Shown one piece after another: positions 29,651 to 43,401 of a stretch of DNA of 64,000 nucleotides. The DNA comes from Leucoraja erinacea (Eukaryota), in contig NC_073389.1 in the NCBI RefSeq assembly GCF_028641065.1, positions 24,924,001 through 24,988,000 on the forward strand, read 5' to 3'. The position numbers and the translations under genes were made by a program. Position 1 is the first letter of the stretch; every line of letters starts with the position of its first letter. The notes below the pieces were generated by a model that worked only from the letters and a program-made list of their open reading frames with translations, ran no database searches and was not told the DNA's origin.

Positions 29651-30451
29651 TTAGGTTGGTGTGTGTTTATTGCTGGCAATAACATTTATTGCTAATTGGA
29701 TTTGATGCGAGTTAAATTAATCCACTTTTGTGCATCTGGAGTAATCTGTCTACACGGTGGCTCATGTTCTTCATAGCATTGTGGGACAGCTTTTATTTTC
29801 CAGTTCTAATTACTCCTGCAAGCTTTTACATTTCAATTAATTTCCCCAATTGCTACAAAATAGAACTGCATAGGATCAGGCCTTTGAGCACCATGGCTAC
29901 ACCAATCGTGATGCTTTTCTAAACTAATCCCATCTGTGCCAATGGTCCATCTTTCCCAATTGCCTGTTTTTCTTATTCTACTGCCGCATCATGCAGTTGA
30001 GTCCTGGTACATACTATTAAAATAAAATCTTGCTGTTCCTTGCCCCTTGCTTTAAACCTATACATTCTACTACTTTTCCACTATCTGAGGAGAGTGAATA
30101 GATTGACTAAACTGTTGATGCCTCAAATTGTGTATTTCCATCATACTGCTATGGTGGGGTTAAAATGTGTCTTGAACTCTGGCTGTTGATCTTGGTCATT
30201 AGTTACATGTGAATGCTAATCTCATTCTAAACTCACTTTTATAGTTCCATAGTGAAATTTCTGTGGTACTGTTTATCCTTGAACAAGATGCTGCTAATAG
30301 GCCTGGTTAATTAAACTTAATTTGCAATCAGATCTGGTTCATGTCGAGCAGTAATCTCTGGATAGCAGGAGTTATGTTTTCCCCCCTGTTGATTTAGTAC
30401 CAAGGTTGTAACTGATACTGTGCAGAGGCTGGTTGTCTTCTACACTGGTAG

Positions 30452-30577
<126 letters not shown>

Positions 30578-33262
30578 ATTATTCCAGTGGATGTCACCTT
30601 GCCAAACAAGCTAAATGGAAACCACATGTAACTGAGCCAGACTATACCTTGTGTAGCTTCAAGAACTCGCAGTACATTACCAGCTGTGATTCTCTGGATA
30701 TTTTTAAAGGGAGCTCAAATGCAAAAAGACAGCAATGACAGAAGAACAAGAACCCTAGACGATGGAGAAAATGTGGCCGTGAACAGCACTAAATATTGGC
30801 AATAGATGTTAAACTGTGCTGCATTTATAGTTTATCTCTGTAACTGAGGATCATTTGTATGTTAATGTACTGTGCCTTTATAGAGGAACTTTTATTTTTA
30901 ATGTCCTACTGGTTCATTGGGCCTGAGTTCTCGCAATCATTCTCTAGCACAATCTGAGAGAGACTTGGGCAAAACAAACCTTGGCAGAAGCAGGGTGAAA
31001 TGACTTTACCAGGAGTCATTTACCCAGTTGCACTTAACATTGTTACAAGGCTGAAAATAAGCAGTGACCTCCATTACGGCCTTGACATGCGTGACCTGTA
31101 AAGACAACTTGGGGCATTTGCAGCATTCTGATCCCTACTGTGGGGAAACGATGTTGCTCACTCTATCCTGGATAGATATCTGTTGGGGACATGGTAGCTT
31201 TACAAGCCATTCCAACAATGTGTACAGTCAAGTTTCAATGCACTGCAGTTTCCGATTAAGCAAATGCAAAAGTTAAAACTTGACATAAAGTAACTTGACA
31301 ACATTAAAGGCAGCTAGTTAACTAATTCAGGCTTGCCTGGAGTGGGCAGAAAGTAGCTAGGAATGTATTTTTTTAGGGGATTTTGAAAACTTGAAGTTTC
31401 TAGATATGGATGAAAATCCCATCCATTGGAAATCTTAAATGCCTGCCATATCTAAAAGGAAATTTGAAATTTCAGAATGGCTAAATGGACCACAGCACCG
31501 AGTGACTACAGATGTACTCGGCTGATTTTGGTCTGATGCGCATGCTAGTGTTGTTTTTTGGTCAAGGGGAACGAACAGAAAGATCTCTGCAGCAGGCTTC
31601 TTTACTGAATTACATTTGTGTATACTCGAGCTGCGTTACGAAGTTCAGAAAAGCCGCATTTAACTGTTTACTGTAGATTCTGTAAAGTTGCTCCACTAGG
31701 GTCTGAGGTTTGATGCTTGGAGATCACAGAGAATGGAAATGTACACATTACTGCACAAGGTGCCAACGCTGGTAATTGATCGCATATCCACTATAGTATA
31801 GTGGCTTGGGTTTCCTTTTGCACTGTCCATTACATGGACAAATAGTCAGTTTAATAATCCGCTATATCTGGCCAAAGATTAGTTTTCCCACCTGTTTAAA
31901 TGTTGAGCTGTCCAATGCAGTCAGGTGAGTTGACTTGTAACTGCCAAGATGGGGTAGATTTTCTTAGCTTATTTTTTCCCAGGTGGCCAGACTGCCAGTA
32001 TAAAAACTACTGGAAAATTTGGGTGGTGGAGATCAAACTGAAAAGTAGCAAAAGAACGTATCAAGTGCAATACATCTATTGTGTTGTGCCTTCTTGTACT
32101 GAAATTCTCATCAATGGAAAGTAGATGCACTGACAGTATTGAGCTAATCTCTTGTGATGAATGGTGCTATACAGGTAGATTTAGGCCCTTATACATTGTG
32201 CCCATCAGGTTTTATATAAGAGATCTAAATACCTTTAACAAATTTATTTTAATGCACATTCAGAGAATATTTTATATACCGATGTCTTGTCTTGCATGCA
32301 TTTTCTTGAACCTCCAAGTCTTTGCAGTGATTGTCAAACGCAGCTTAATTAAAATGGGAAGGGGTGGGAGAGAGGCTAGATACCAAACCAGGACTATTTT
32401 GGGACCATGGGGGTCTAACAGTTGGGAATTAACTATTTGCACACAACAGATCTAGGTATTTTTGCTGCTAGTTTTGTGTAATATTTATTCATTTGACAAA
32501 TATTTAATTTTTTTTGTGTTTGTTTTTGTAAGCCTAAAAGTGATTCTTTGAAAGTTCAAAGAAAACCCGAAAAAGTAACTTGACCAAAAGACAGTCCAAA
32601 AACACTGGCACTTGAATGTTGAATGTCAACGTATGCGTGAATATATATACATATATTTCGGGGTAGTGTGAGCTCTTATTGTTAAGGTCATATTGGACCC
32701 AGAGTCAGAAACTGAACCACAACCTACTGTCGGCCTTGTGATTGCCGCTAATTCCCATTGTCCTATCAAATTCATTCATGTGGGTAATTTGATCAAATCT
32801 GAAATAAAATATGCCAAGGTTTGGACAGAGTTTCTTAAAATTCTAGAGGAAAAATGTTTAGAAAACGGCAAAATGTTATGGTACTCCAATTTGTTTTGTT
32901 TAGTGAATGTCTGGCAAAGAGCAAATTTAATACATGTGGTTTATCACTTTATTGTTGCATTTAGTTGCATTTGCATATTAAGTGACTTGGGTATTCAACT
33001 TGACACTTCTAAGCAAGTTGTAGTTTTTAGACCTAACATTCATAAATTGTAGAAATGCTCTTCATGCTCCAAGTTCCTACAACATAACTATTGCAATGCA
33101 TGAGTATCCAGTCTTGCTCAGTGCATTGAATACCCTTTAGTCACCGTAGATCTAGAATTTGCTTTCTATAATAGTTTAGATGCTATGCTCTTGCACAAAA
33201 AGACTCAGCTGTGCATTACTTGTATGATTTTATCAATAAAAAGTTTGAGCTGCATCAATTTA
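30578..33262 (+). other. DDX3X: DDX3X 3'UTR (~2.7 kb, no recognisable repeats)
   Basis: Blocks at ~30592-30717 and ~32525-32675 resemble the mammalian DDX3X 3'UTR as I recall it. Ends near AATAAA 33235. Confidence 0.75.
33235..33240 (+). terminator. Likely distal polyadenylation signal of DDX3X
   Basis: AATAAA followed by U/GU-rich tcttggttgttgtg. A proximal AATAAA lies at 32803-32808. Confidence 0.65.
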
Positions 33263-35443
33263 ATGATTTATCTTGGTTGTTGTGAAATTTGAGTGGGTTT
33301 TAAAGGGGTTTGGTTTATCCCAAACTTTGAATTTTAACTTCTTGAGGCATGTTTGGATTATTTGAAAATACCTTTATGCTGGTAATTTTTTTTTCAACTA
33401 AACCCTACGATATTAGATTATCGAGTACGTAATATGGTGAAGATAGACAAAGCTGGAATAACTCAGCAGGAAAAGGCAGCATCTCTGGAGAGAAGGAAAG
33501 TGTGACATTTTGGATCGCGACCCAGCATCTGCAGTTCCTACATACACATAATATTATGGCGAGTTGAGTTTATTCCATCTTTAACTAGTTAAGCTATGAG
33601 TTGGCCCTACCCATATCCCAATTCTAAATTCTGGAAATACAAAGCAGATATGGTAGTGTCTGTAGAGTGACACAGAACTAAAGCATTACCTGGACTTCAG
33701 CATTTTGGATTTCTTTCCATTAGCGGTTTCAGTTTTTGTTTCTGCTGCAAAACAAATTGAATAACTCAGTCAGACATCTGGTGGGAAATGGACTGATGAC
33801 ACTTTCGGATTCAAAGAGATCCAGCACTTTGTTTTGCTCTAGATTTAACAATGTACAGTATCTCATTTTCTGCAAGATAGTTCAATATTATTGCAAATTT
33901 ATCTAGCTTAATTGTTTAAATTCTACAGTTGTAGCTCCACTTTAATACCTATTTATGCCAAGTTATGCAAGTTGGAAAACTACTTAAGCATGTCATTATC
34001 CATTTTGTCTCCATCCTCCTGAAATTTTTGCATCTTCATTTCCATATTTTTAATCTCTACCTTTCTACTTTTCCTGCCCAAATAAATGTTATATTGGCTT
34101 CCTTCCAATCTGTGGGAATGAATTGCGAATCTACAGGATATTGGAAGATAACAGGAGGGCATTTACCTCCACACCCACCTTTACAGCACTAGGATGCAGA
34201 TTATCAGATGCAGAGAAGCTATTGTTCATCCCATTAATTTTTTCCAGTACTGTTCTTTGTTATATTAATGCTCTTAGTTTTAGAGATATAGCACGGAAAC
34301 CGGCTCTTCGGCCCACCAGGAGACAATTTTTTATTTTTTAAATGAAGCCAAACTTGTGCGTGCTTGTATCGCGTGTGGGATGAACCTGGGTCTCTGGCGC
34401 TGTAAGACCCACTCTACTGCTGCACCACCGTGCCTTGATATGCGCCACCATACCTTCAGAGTGAGATCCAAAGTATTTGTTTACCATTTTTCTCTTTCCT
34501 TGATCTGTAAGTTAATGTATGTCTTTTTAATGTTTATTGCTAACCATTACTCGTATTCTGCTTCCCCTCATTAATAACTTCTATCTTCAAGATGACTGCA
34601 TTAATTCTTAAATGAATCTTTTACTTTGACACAACTTCTCTATGCCTTCTCATCTTTTCCTATTCATCAATTGGATAGGGATTGTAAACTATTTTCTTAA
34701 ATATGCCTCTAACACAGCCAGTCATAACTTATACCCTTGCAATTTGCTTCATTCAGATTCAAGATCCTGGTTTCATATTGAACACGTTTGCATAAAATTC
34801 TATAGTATTGCAGTTATTGTTCCCTCAAAGCCCCTCTGCCCCCAGTAGTAGATTAAAATATCTTGTTCCCTCAATGATGCTTATCACATTTGTAAAAAGT
34901 GGAGTGAGTTCCAAGCCCAAAGATGCTGTATGGTCCATACAGTGAAGGAAGAATGGCACAGTCAGGTATATCAGGAGTGTGAACCATGTCTCTGCAAACA
35001 GCACACAGCAGTCTCTCCGACCTGAGTTACTCCAGTTTATGTCTATCTTCAGTTTAAACCAGCATCTGCAGTTCCATCCTACACTTCTACTGCTTCTACT
35101 TTGAAGAAGATCTCAGATTTCAGCAACACCCCCTCTCGTTACACTTCGCCCATTGGTTAAATAATTCGGAATTGATAAACTAGATAACAGAATGTCCAAT
35201 TTCTTTTTTTATCATGACCCGAGTACATCTTAAAGCACTTCTTAATCAGCAACTTTTGATGATCATGTCCAGGTGTTAAATGCAACAAGCAATCTGCATC
35301 GTACTGTGTTCCAGAGCAGCAAGTGCGGCTTTATCTGCCTCTAGTGTAATTGGTTGAGGCTGGAATATTATTCATGGCAGTAGCATTTCCTATCCTGAAT
35401 AATGTTCCACTAAAAAGGAAGATCTCAATGTAATCCTTTTACC

Positions 35444-35713
35444 GTTAGACTTTGGAGATGCAGTGCGGGAAGCAGGCTCTTCGGTCCACCGAGTCTGCAC
35501 TGACCAGCGATCACCCTGTACACAAGCACTACACACTAGGGGCGATTTTACAACTTACCAAAGCCGATTTACTATAAACCTGTATGTGAGAGGAAACTAG
35601 AGCACCCTGAGAAAACCCATGCGGTCACAGGGAGAATGTACAAACAACACCCGTAGGTAGGATTGAATGCGGATCTCGCACTAAGGCAGCGACTCCCATT
35701 GCGCCACTGTGCC
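35444..35713 (-). mobile_element. V-SINE (HE1-like); further fragments at ~34275-34432 and ~45195-45375
   Basis: gagcaccctgagaaaacccatgcggtcacagggagaatgtacaaac V-domain, CR1-like tail. Confidence 0.7.
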
Positions 35714-37189
35714 ATCCTTACCGTAACAAGTTACCTTCATAGTTATCTCTTCAGTGATGTGCCATACTTTCTTAAGCCGAGCATTGTCATGCAGAACTAG
35801 TGACGTACAGATACAATGAAAATCAAAGCAGATTAAGCATAGATAATGCATAAATTACACAAATGCTGCAGAACAGTGAAAAAGAAGACTGCAATAAATG
35901 TGACATTAATGCCCATGGAAGTGCCCATAATGTTCTGTTGCCAAGATAGGATTACATTAAACCAATGTGAGGTTTAAAGACCAGAGGGATGTAGAGAAGT
36001 AGCTGTTCCTGAATCTGACAGAAACATCAAGCCTCTACCTCCTGCCTGACGGTAGCACCGAGAAGAGGCCATGGCCTGGATGGTGGGGATCTGTGATTGA
36101 TGCTGCCTTCTTGAGGCGGCATCTAAAATCTGCACATAATCTATATGTTCAGATCCTGCAGTGGGATTTAAACACTGCCTTGAAGACTGCAAAAAAACTG
36201 CTTTGATAATTCAGGTATTCATCAACATAATTCTGAAATGTTGTGAGAATCTGTCCCCACCACCCCTTCAAATGGTGTGTTTCAGATTCCAAACACCATC
36301 TGAGTTTAAAATAAAATTCCTCGGATTCCCTACAAACTTTCTAGTCCTTAGACCTCTGCTCTCTGGTTTTATACACAACTACTATGGTAAAATATATTCA
36401 CCTCATAATTTTGAATAATTCAATCACATTTTCTCCTGCATTCTAGGAAAACAAACCTAATTATCCAGTCTCTTCTCATAAATGAAACCTTCCATCGCAG
36501 GCAATATCCTGGTGAATATCCAGGAATCTCATACATGACTGCAGTGTACTCGCAACCTTCCTAATATGAGGTTAGACAAACTAAACTTTAATTAGTCGTG
36601 TATGGAATGATTCGCCTGGATACCAGCAAATCAGTTTTTCTGCTGTATCTCGGTGCACGTGACAATAATAAACCAATACCTTGTCCTTGCCAATGCCTGG
36701 TATAGGCAGGGGCAATCTGGATATGAGCTTCCTTTTGCATGGTTACAGGCATTATCAGTTTGATCTGCAGGAAACGTTTTAACACAATCAAGGCTAATCC
36801 CTTCTCTCACTACAGATTTGTCAATGCATTAAGCAAAGGCTTTTAGAAAAATTGCTGGATATTTCCTATATTTTCCTTGCTGGAAAAATCTATTGAGACA
36901 GGAATCGCCACTCAGAAATCAACGGAAAAACAGTTTAAACGCAAGGTGGGAATCATGTAAGTTGATCAATAAACATAATCTGTCTTGGTTTATGTTCATT
37001 ATTCTTAATTCAAATGTGTTTGCTACAAATCTGAACCTTGCTGACTGGCTGGCTACTTGCCTTCTTTCGAAGGTAATATTTTTTTGAAGACTTGTAAGTG
37101 ATTTTGTTTTTGTATCTTTTTTCAGATAGCTTTTAGTAAAGATCACCGTGGCATATTTGTATTCTGTGATGCCACAGAAGAGCATCAAG

Positions 37190-37211
37190 ATGTTTCTGAC
37201 CATTTTAAACG
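37190..37211 (+). CDS. NYX: NYX first coding exon (MFLTILN + 1 nt)
   Basis: aagATG, 22 coding nt, donor GTAATT, upstream acceptor at 37125. Phase 1 fits the 38537 acceptor and creates a signal peptide. Confidence 0.8.
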
Positions 37212-38536
37212 GTAATTAACATTATAATCCATTTTAATTGATAAGCGGCCCCTACCTGCATCATGATTTATGCAATCACCTAAGAAATGATTAACAATCA
37301 TTGTGGATATGGATTCTATGCTATAATCATTCATTTAATTAACCTTGCCTACTGTACATTTTTTTGCACCTGAAACATTTGTCAGAATTTTCGATGAAGT
37401 ATCCAATATTGCTTTATTCAGCAACCCATTTCTATTCTTGCACCAACTGGTTTCTTTTTTTTTTCCCCCTTATTTTCTCTTCTATACTATTTCTCTCAGT
37501 TTATTTTACATTTATTAGGTTTATTTGTAACACGGATCACCTGTGCCTGTTTCTGCGAGCACACATTTCTATGCCACTTCAGTCCAAATTACTGAAAGAT
37601 TAGGGGACTAGTCTAGTCATAATCACCAGAGCTAATCATTACTAAACTATGTTTATATTAATTCTGGAGCAGACACTTATTACCCATTTCTAATTGCCCT
37701 TTGAATTGAGTGGTTGAATGCTGCAAAGCTAAGGGCAGTTAGGAGTAAACCACGGTGCTGCAGGCGTGTTGTCACATTCAAACCATATTAGACAAAAACA
37801 GCAGACATCGGTCAAGAAAAATCATAAGTGAAACACATGGACATAGTAGTTTCATGTTCATCATGACTATGACTATTGTTACTAGATTTTTGTAAAAAGC
37901 TGGAATGTATGTAAATATTGAAACTCAAATTTCCCAATAGCTGGTAGATATTGAACTTTTCTTTCTTCATCATCAGTCTGGGTCTCTGGATAGCCTTTTT
38001 AGTATTTCCATTACAACAAATACTTCATAAATTCATGTTATGGGAGCAGAATTAGGTCATTTGGCCCATCATTCAATCATTGCTGATTTATCTTTCCTTC
38101 CTAACCCCATTCTCCTGCCTTCTCCCCATAACCCCTGACACCCTTACTAATCAAGAGTCTGTCAATTTCCGCCTTAAAAATATGAAGAGACGGCCTCCAC
38201 AGCCGTCTGTGGCAATGAATATGACATATTCACTACCCGCTGCCTAAAGAAATTCCTCCATCTCCTTTCTGACCTCGGAACTCTCATGCAGGAACCACCT
38301 CCTGGTTATCTTCCTACATGTCATAACAATTCGGTTTAGTTATGGGTCTGTTATTATTGGCCCAAATTAATTAATTGACATGTTTGTTTTAGCAAATTGG
38401 AAAAAACTGCTTTTAATAATGTATTAATTTCTCCCTTTAATGTACCCTTCCCTGTTTTTATTTAAACTGCACTTAATTTATTTCTGACATTTTCTAACCA
38501 ATCCATTTATTTGTATTTTGTTCTTTTATGTCTCAG

Positions 38537-39924
38537 TACTTTTGCTTGCTCCCTTGCACGTGTCTGCTTCCTGGGCTTGTGTCCGGTTATGTCCTCCCTC
38601 ATGCACCTGTACTCGAGAACGGAACTGTGCTGTTCTTTGCGACCGATCTGGATTATCGCAAGTCCTCAGGGAGTTCCCGTGTGAAGCCTCTGCTATCAAC
38701 TTGGATAAAAACACTATCAAGTTTTTGTCAGAAAGGGCATTTGGTACTCTTCCAGCTCTGCGATCTTTATCACTAGACCACAATAACATCTCCTTCATCA
38801 CCCCAGGTGCATTTAAAGGGCTGCCTAATCTCACTGAATTAAAACTGGCACACAATGAGTACATTAGGTACCTGCACACCAGAACATTTACTGGCCTGAA
38901 ACGCCTACTGAAACTCGATTTGTCCAACTGCAATCTATTTAACATTCCGGACCGGATTTTTACAGCAGTCACTACTTTACAGGAGTTGGCAATGTGGCAG
39001 AACAATTTCAGAAGAATACCTGGAGCAGTGAGGGGGATGGAGAGCATTACCCGTGTGTACTTGGAGCGAAACAGGATTGAGGCAGTGGCTTACAATTCTC
39101 TACAAGGACTGGTCAGTTTAAAATATCTAAACCTTCAGGGTAACAACATAGCCGTAATCCATGACGGGGGATTTAAAGACTCTGTAAAACTGGAGTATCT
39201 CTATCTTAATGACAATCTTCTGAACAATCTTCCAGAGTTTGCATTTAAAGAACTCGGGCTCTTGAAGATGCTAAACCTGGGAGGTAATTCTTTAGTGAAT
39301 GTATCCAGTACTTGGTTTAATGAGCTTGTTGAGCTAGAAGTTCTCTATCTGGACAGAAATGAGATCACTTACATTGAAGAAGGGGCTTTTGAAAACCTGA
39401 CCAGTTTGATCTCTCTGCATCTGAACAGCAATAACCTGACTACACTCTCCCTTTCAGTGTTTCAGCCAGTCTACTTCATAGGAAGACTCTATGTGTTCAG
39501 GAATCCATGGGAGTGTGATTGCAAGCTGGAGTGGTTGAAGGAATGGATGGAAAGCTACAAACTGGTTCGTGATATCCCGTGTGCCTCGCCAGAGTCTATA
39601 GCTGGCATGGACCTAAGTAAAGTCCTCTTCAGCAAATCCACTCAAGGTGTCTGCTTGGATCTAGCCGATCTGAATGTGACGGCTTACACACCAACTACGC
39701 CAGACTATCCCCGGTCTACCACAGAGGACAGGTTCAGCAGTCTTATATCTAGATTCCTTTTTCCAAAAACGTTGGATGCTGAAAACACCATCAAATTCTT
39801 TAGGAATGTGTCAGACTTGAGTGGAACTGATGTGGAAGCTGCTGCCAATGTTGAGCGATGCCAAATCAACTTGCACGTTCAAATCCTCGTGACAGTTATT
39901 ATAATATTATTTTATATTATATGA
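38537..39924 (+). CDS. NYX: Nyctalopin main exon (LRRNT, tandem LRRs, LRRCT, hydrophobic C-terminal tail)
   Basis: WACVRLCPPSCTC cap, LSERAFGTLPALRSLSL, NPWECDC cap, tail LHVQILVTVIIILFYII. Lies between DDX3X and CASK. Confidence 0.95.
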
Positions 39925-42559
39925 TGGTATTTATGTGTGCATTCTGCAGATTCTGTATTTACTACAGTTCATGGAAGTCCAGAGGGACAAGGCTGGAGTC
40001 GGATGTAATTCATCCCAATGCTCTGTGTCCCTTAAAATAAACAAGAACATTCTACATTGCTGGAGTTTGGCATTAGAACAGAAGCTCCAAATAGCCTTTT
40101 TTTTTTTTAAATTGGGAGCATTTTCTGTGGAACAGGTTTCTTGGAATTATAAAACTGCTCATACATCTGTTCTTACCGTCAAACATCCCAACTTCATTTT
40201 GTTTTAAATCTCAACAACTGATCTCTGTGGATTATCAGAACTGATTTTGCAGTAAACTCCCAATTTTGGTTGAATAGTGGTATTTATAAAAACCTTACTT
40301 TATAATAATAATAATAGACCAGAACCACCATTGATGTTACAAGTACATATTTAGGTTTTCTATTTCATTCTATTAATGTGTGTTAACATATGGCACAACA
40401 TGCTTGTGAACACAGGGTACATTGCGATTTGTTACTTGTTTTAACGGAAATTTATTACATCCAACATTATGTTTTCTTTCATGCATTCATCTGTTCAAAT
40501 CCAATACATTAATACTTTCCTCAGTAAAAGGCATCAGATGCGGACTAAATGGTGGCCACAATAACCATTTGATCCTCTGTGCATGGCTTTTAAGGATTAA
40601 TGTTCTGATCCATTATTCAACAGCGGTATAGGAGGATTGGTCTGACTGCATGCATTATAAATCTATTTTGTTTGTCCAAAAGCAATAGATAAAAGATGCA
40701 AAGGAATGTTTAGGCTGATGTAAGCTGGAACTGTTAATTTCATATGCCTGATTAAAATGGTAGTAAATTTAAAAGGGAAATATTGAAACTAGCCTTTTAC
40801 TAAGGCAGAATCTTTGCAAGTTGTAGTTGCACAAATTCTTGAAAAATCTTCCATTTACTATAAATAAGGTTTATATTTTAGATAAATTGAGCTAGGATGT
40901 CCTGGAAACTAAAGTGATGGGTACATCAACCATCCAATAATTCATACAATAGTTTTGAGCTGGCAGCTACCAGCTGCATTCGCCAATTAATGCAATTTGG
41001 TCTCCTTCATTCAATTGGGTACTCCTCCTGAATGGAGGTGCCTCCACAACATCTGCAGACCATGCATTCCAATCACATTGTGCATTTTAAAAATAGATCT
41101 TCTTAATTCTCTTCCCCATTATTTTAAACCTGTGATCACTGGTCCTTGATCCTATATTACAGGAAATAATTTCCCAGTCTTCATTTTGTCCATTTCCTGG
41201 CCCAAAACATTGTTTGTTTATTTCTCTCCATGGATACTGCCTGACCCAGAGTTCCTCTTTTTATTTTGCTCAAGATTTTATCATCTGCAGTCTCTTGTGT
41301 CTCAATTGTTTATATGCTTCTGTAAAAACTCCCATTAGCTTTCCCTATTCCAAAGAAAATGTTTTGAACCTGTACAAAATATTTATACTTTCCCTTATCC
41401 CAAGAACCATTGGAATTACACATCTCTTACACTTTTCCTCTAATAAGATGAACAAAATTGAATGCAATACTCCTGCTGATGCTGACCCAATGTTTTATAA
41501 AGGCTCAACATGATTTCCCTGTCCTTGCACTTGTACCTCTGCTAATAAAGCCCAGAACTATGTCTTATTGGCAGCTTTCTCAATCTCCCCAGCCTCGTTC
41601 AATAGTTTGTGCAGATTTACCTCCCAAGTCAAACCGCTCCTGCAACATTTTTAGAAAAATGATCCTTTTCTCTGAACTGTCTCTGCTCATACTTCCTACA
41701 AAATACATCACCTCGCATTTTTCTGCATAAACTTAATCAGCCAAGAGTGTCCGTTCCACCAGAATGCTTATATTCAAGGTTTCATGGTCAGTTTCTTGTC
41801 ACATGTACCAGTTAAGGTAGTGAAATTTGAGTTACCACACAACCACTATGTGAAAAGCAACAAGACACAACCACATAAAAGTTAACATAAACATCCACCA
41901 CACTGCATTCCACATTCCTCATTGTGATGGAGGGCAGTAAAGTTCAATCTTCTCAATTCACTGCAATATGATGATTTATGTCATCTACAAACCTAGAGAT
42001 TGTGGCTTGCAATGTAGATTTTTAAAAAGGGATTCCAACACCAATTGCTGGAGAGCACAATCACGATGGCCCAAAGTGTCATGCTGCATTGTTTTTTGAC
42101 TATAACACCTCAATTTGCCTTCCTTCAGCCTAAAAAGAATCATTCACCTTGACCCTCTGTTGTTAGCCAGCTTTCTTTCCATACAGTCAGTGTCCTCCCT
42201 TTAATGACAATTGCTTAATCTTTGTTAATTATCAAAAGCCCTCTGCAAGTCCATGCATATCATAATAAGTCTCATAATATTATTCACCTCAACTAAGTAT
42301 TTTCTTCACCTCTGTTGCTGCAGAGAATACAATCCCAGTTATCAAATCTTTCTTCAAAGTGAGAAAAAAATTCCAGCCCTGCCAACATCTTCATAAATTG
42401 TCCCTCAATCCTCTCCAGAGCAATTGCACCCTTTCTACAATGTGTCAGTCTTACAGCATGGAAACAGGCCCTTCATCCCAACTTGTTCATGCAGATCAAG
42501 ATGCCCCATCTAAACTAGTCCCATTTATCTGCATTTGGCCCTTATCCCTTTAAACCTTG

Positions 42560-42958
42560 TGTGTGTCAGTGAAGCAGTGACAACATGCGGAGTGAACGGA
42601 GACTTGGCGATGCCCGGGGAGCGTTTCCCTCTCCTCCCCTCCCCGAGGATGCGCGTCAGCCTAGGTTCTCTTTGCTCTGTGCCCAGCTGGGGTCAGAGGG
42701 AGGTGAGGGTCAGTGACCCGGGGGTCGGGGAGCGGAGCCTTAGCCCGAGATTCATCCCGGCGGCGGCACCGACGCCCCCACTCACCCGGTCCGCTCCTGG
42801 CCGGGGTTAAAACTCCATGGGGTGTGAGGAGGTGCCTCGGGGGTCGGTGCTGGGACCACCGCCGTGTCTCGCCTATCCCACCATCTGCAGGGGAGAAACT
42901 AATCATCCCGCGGGCCGGATTGGACCCTCATCCCTCGGGCCAGTAGTTTGACAGCCCT
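42560..42958. mobile_element. GC-rich hAT-like DNA transposon fragment inserted in a CR1 3' end
   Basis: Ends tagtttgacagccctg (reverse of a CAGGG terminus). tttaaacc appears on both sides. Confidence 0.5.
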
Positions 42959-43372
42959 GCTTTAAACCAACGCCCTCTAGTTCTTGAATCACATATCGCG
43001 GGAAAAAGACTATGCATTCACCTTATACATTCCCCTCGTGGTTTTTACTCGCCTCTAAAACAATTTTTGCTTTATTTTGAATTTCCAGCACCTGCAGATT
43101 TTGGTTCCATGAATGTCAAATGTACTGCAGTTTGCCATTTTTAATATTGTGCTTTAGAGTCTAAGACAATTAAATTGCTCGTTCTTTACGGGAAACCCGC
43201 CGACAGAAAACTATTCTCATTGGTGAGTGTGGAGGAGATCTGGAAGCCTTGGGCGAATTGAATTGCCCGTGACTTTATTTTTAAAGAATTATGATCAGCG
43301 TGAGAATTTTGTGAAATGCGTGAGTGTCACGCTCAATGCATGAGAGTTGGCAGCCCGACACACAGTGGTGAC

Positions 43373-43401
43373 CAAAGATAATAGCTCCTCTATAATCTTT
43401 G
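43373..43401. mobile_element. 29-bp TIR-only element or excision footprint with 8-bp TSD
   Basis: gtggtgac|caaagataatag ctcct ctataatctttg|gtggtgac. Confidence 0.7.

Noticed and set aside
37073-37125. Possible 53-nt NYX 5'UTR intron
   Set aside because: Shorter than typical vertebrate introns. The upstream exon cannot be assigned.
38518-38536. ORF-track start MFFYVS for NYX
   Set aside because: Non-ATG start lying in the pyrimidine tract. The real start is likely ATG 37190 spliced to 38537.
38526-39047. 173-aa antisense ORF
   Set aside because: Shadow of the NYX LRR coding frame.
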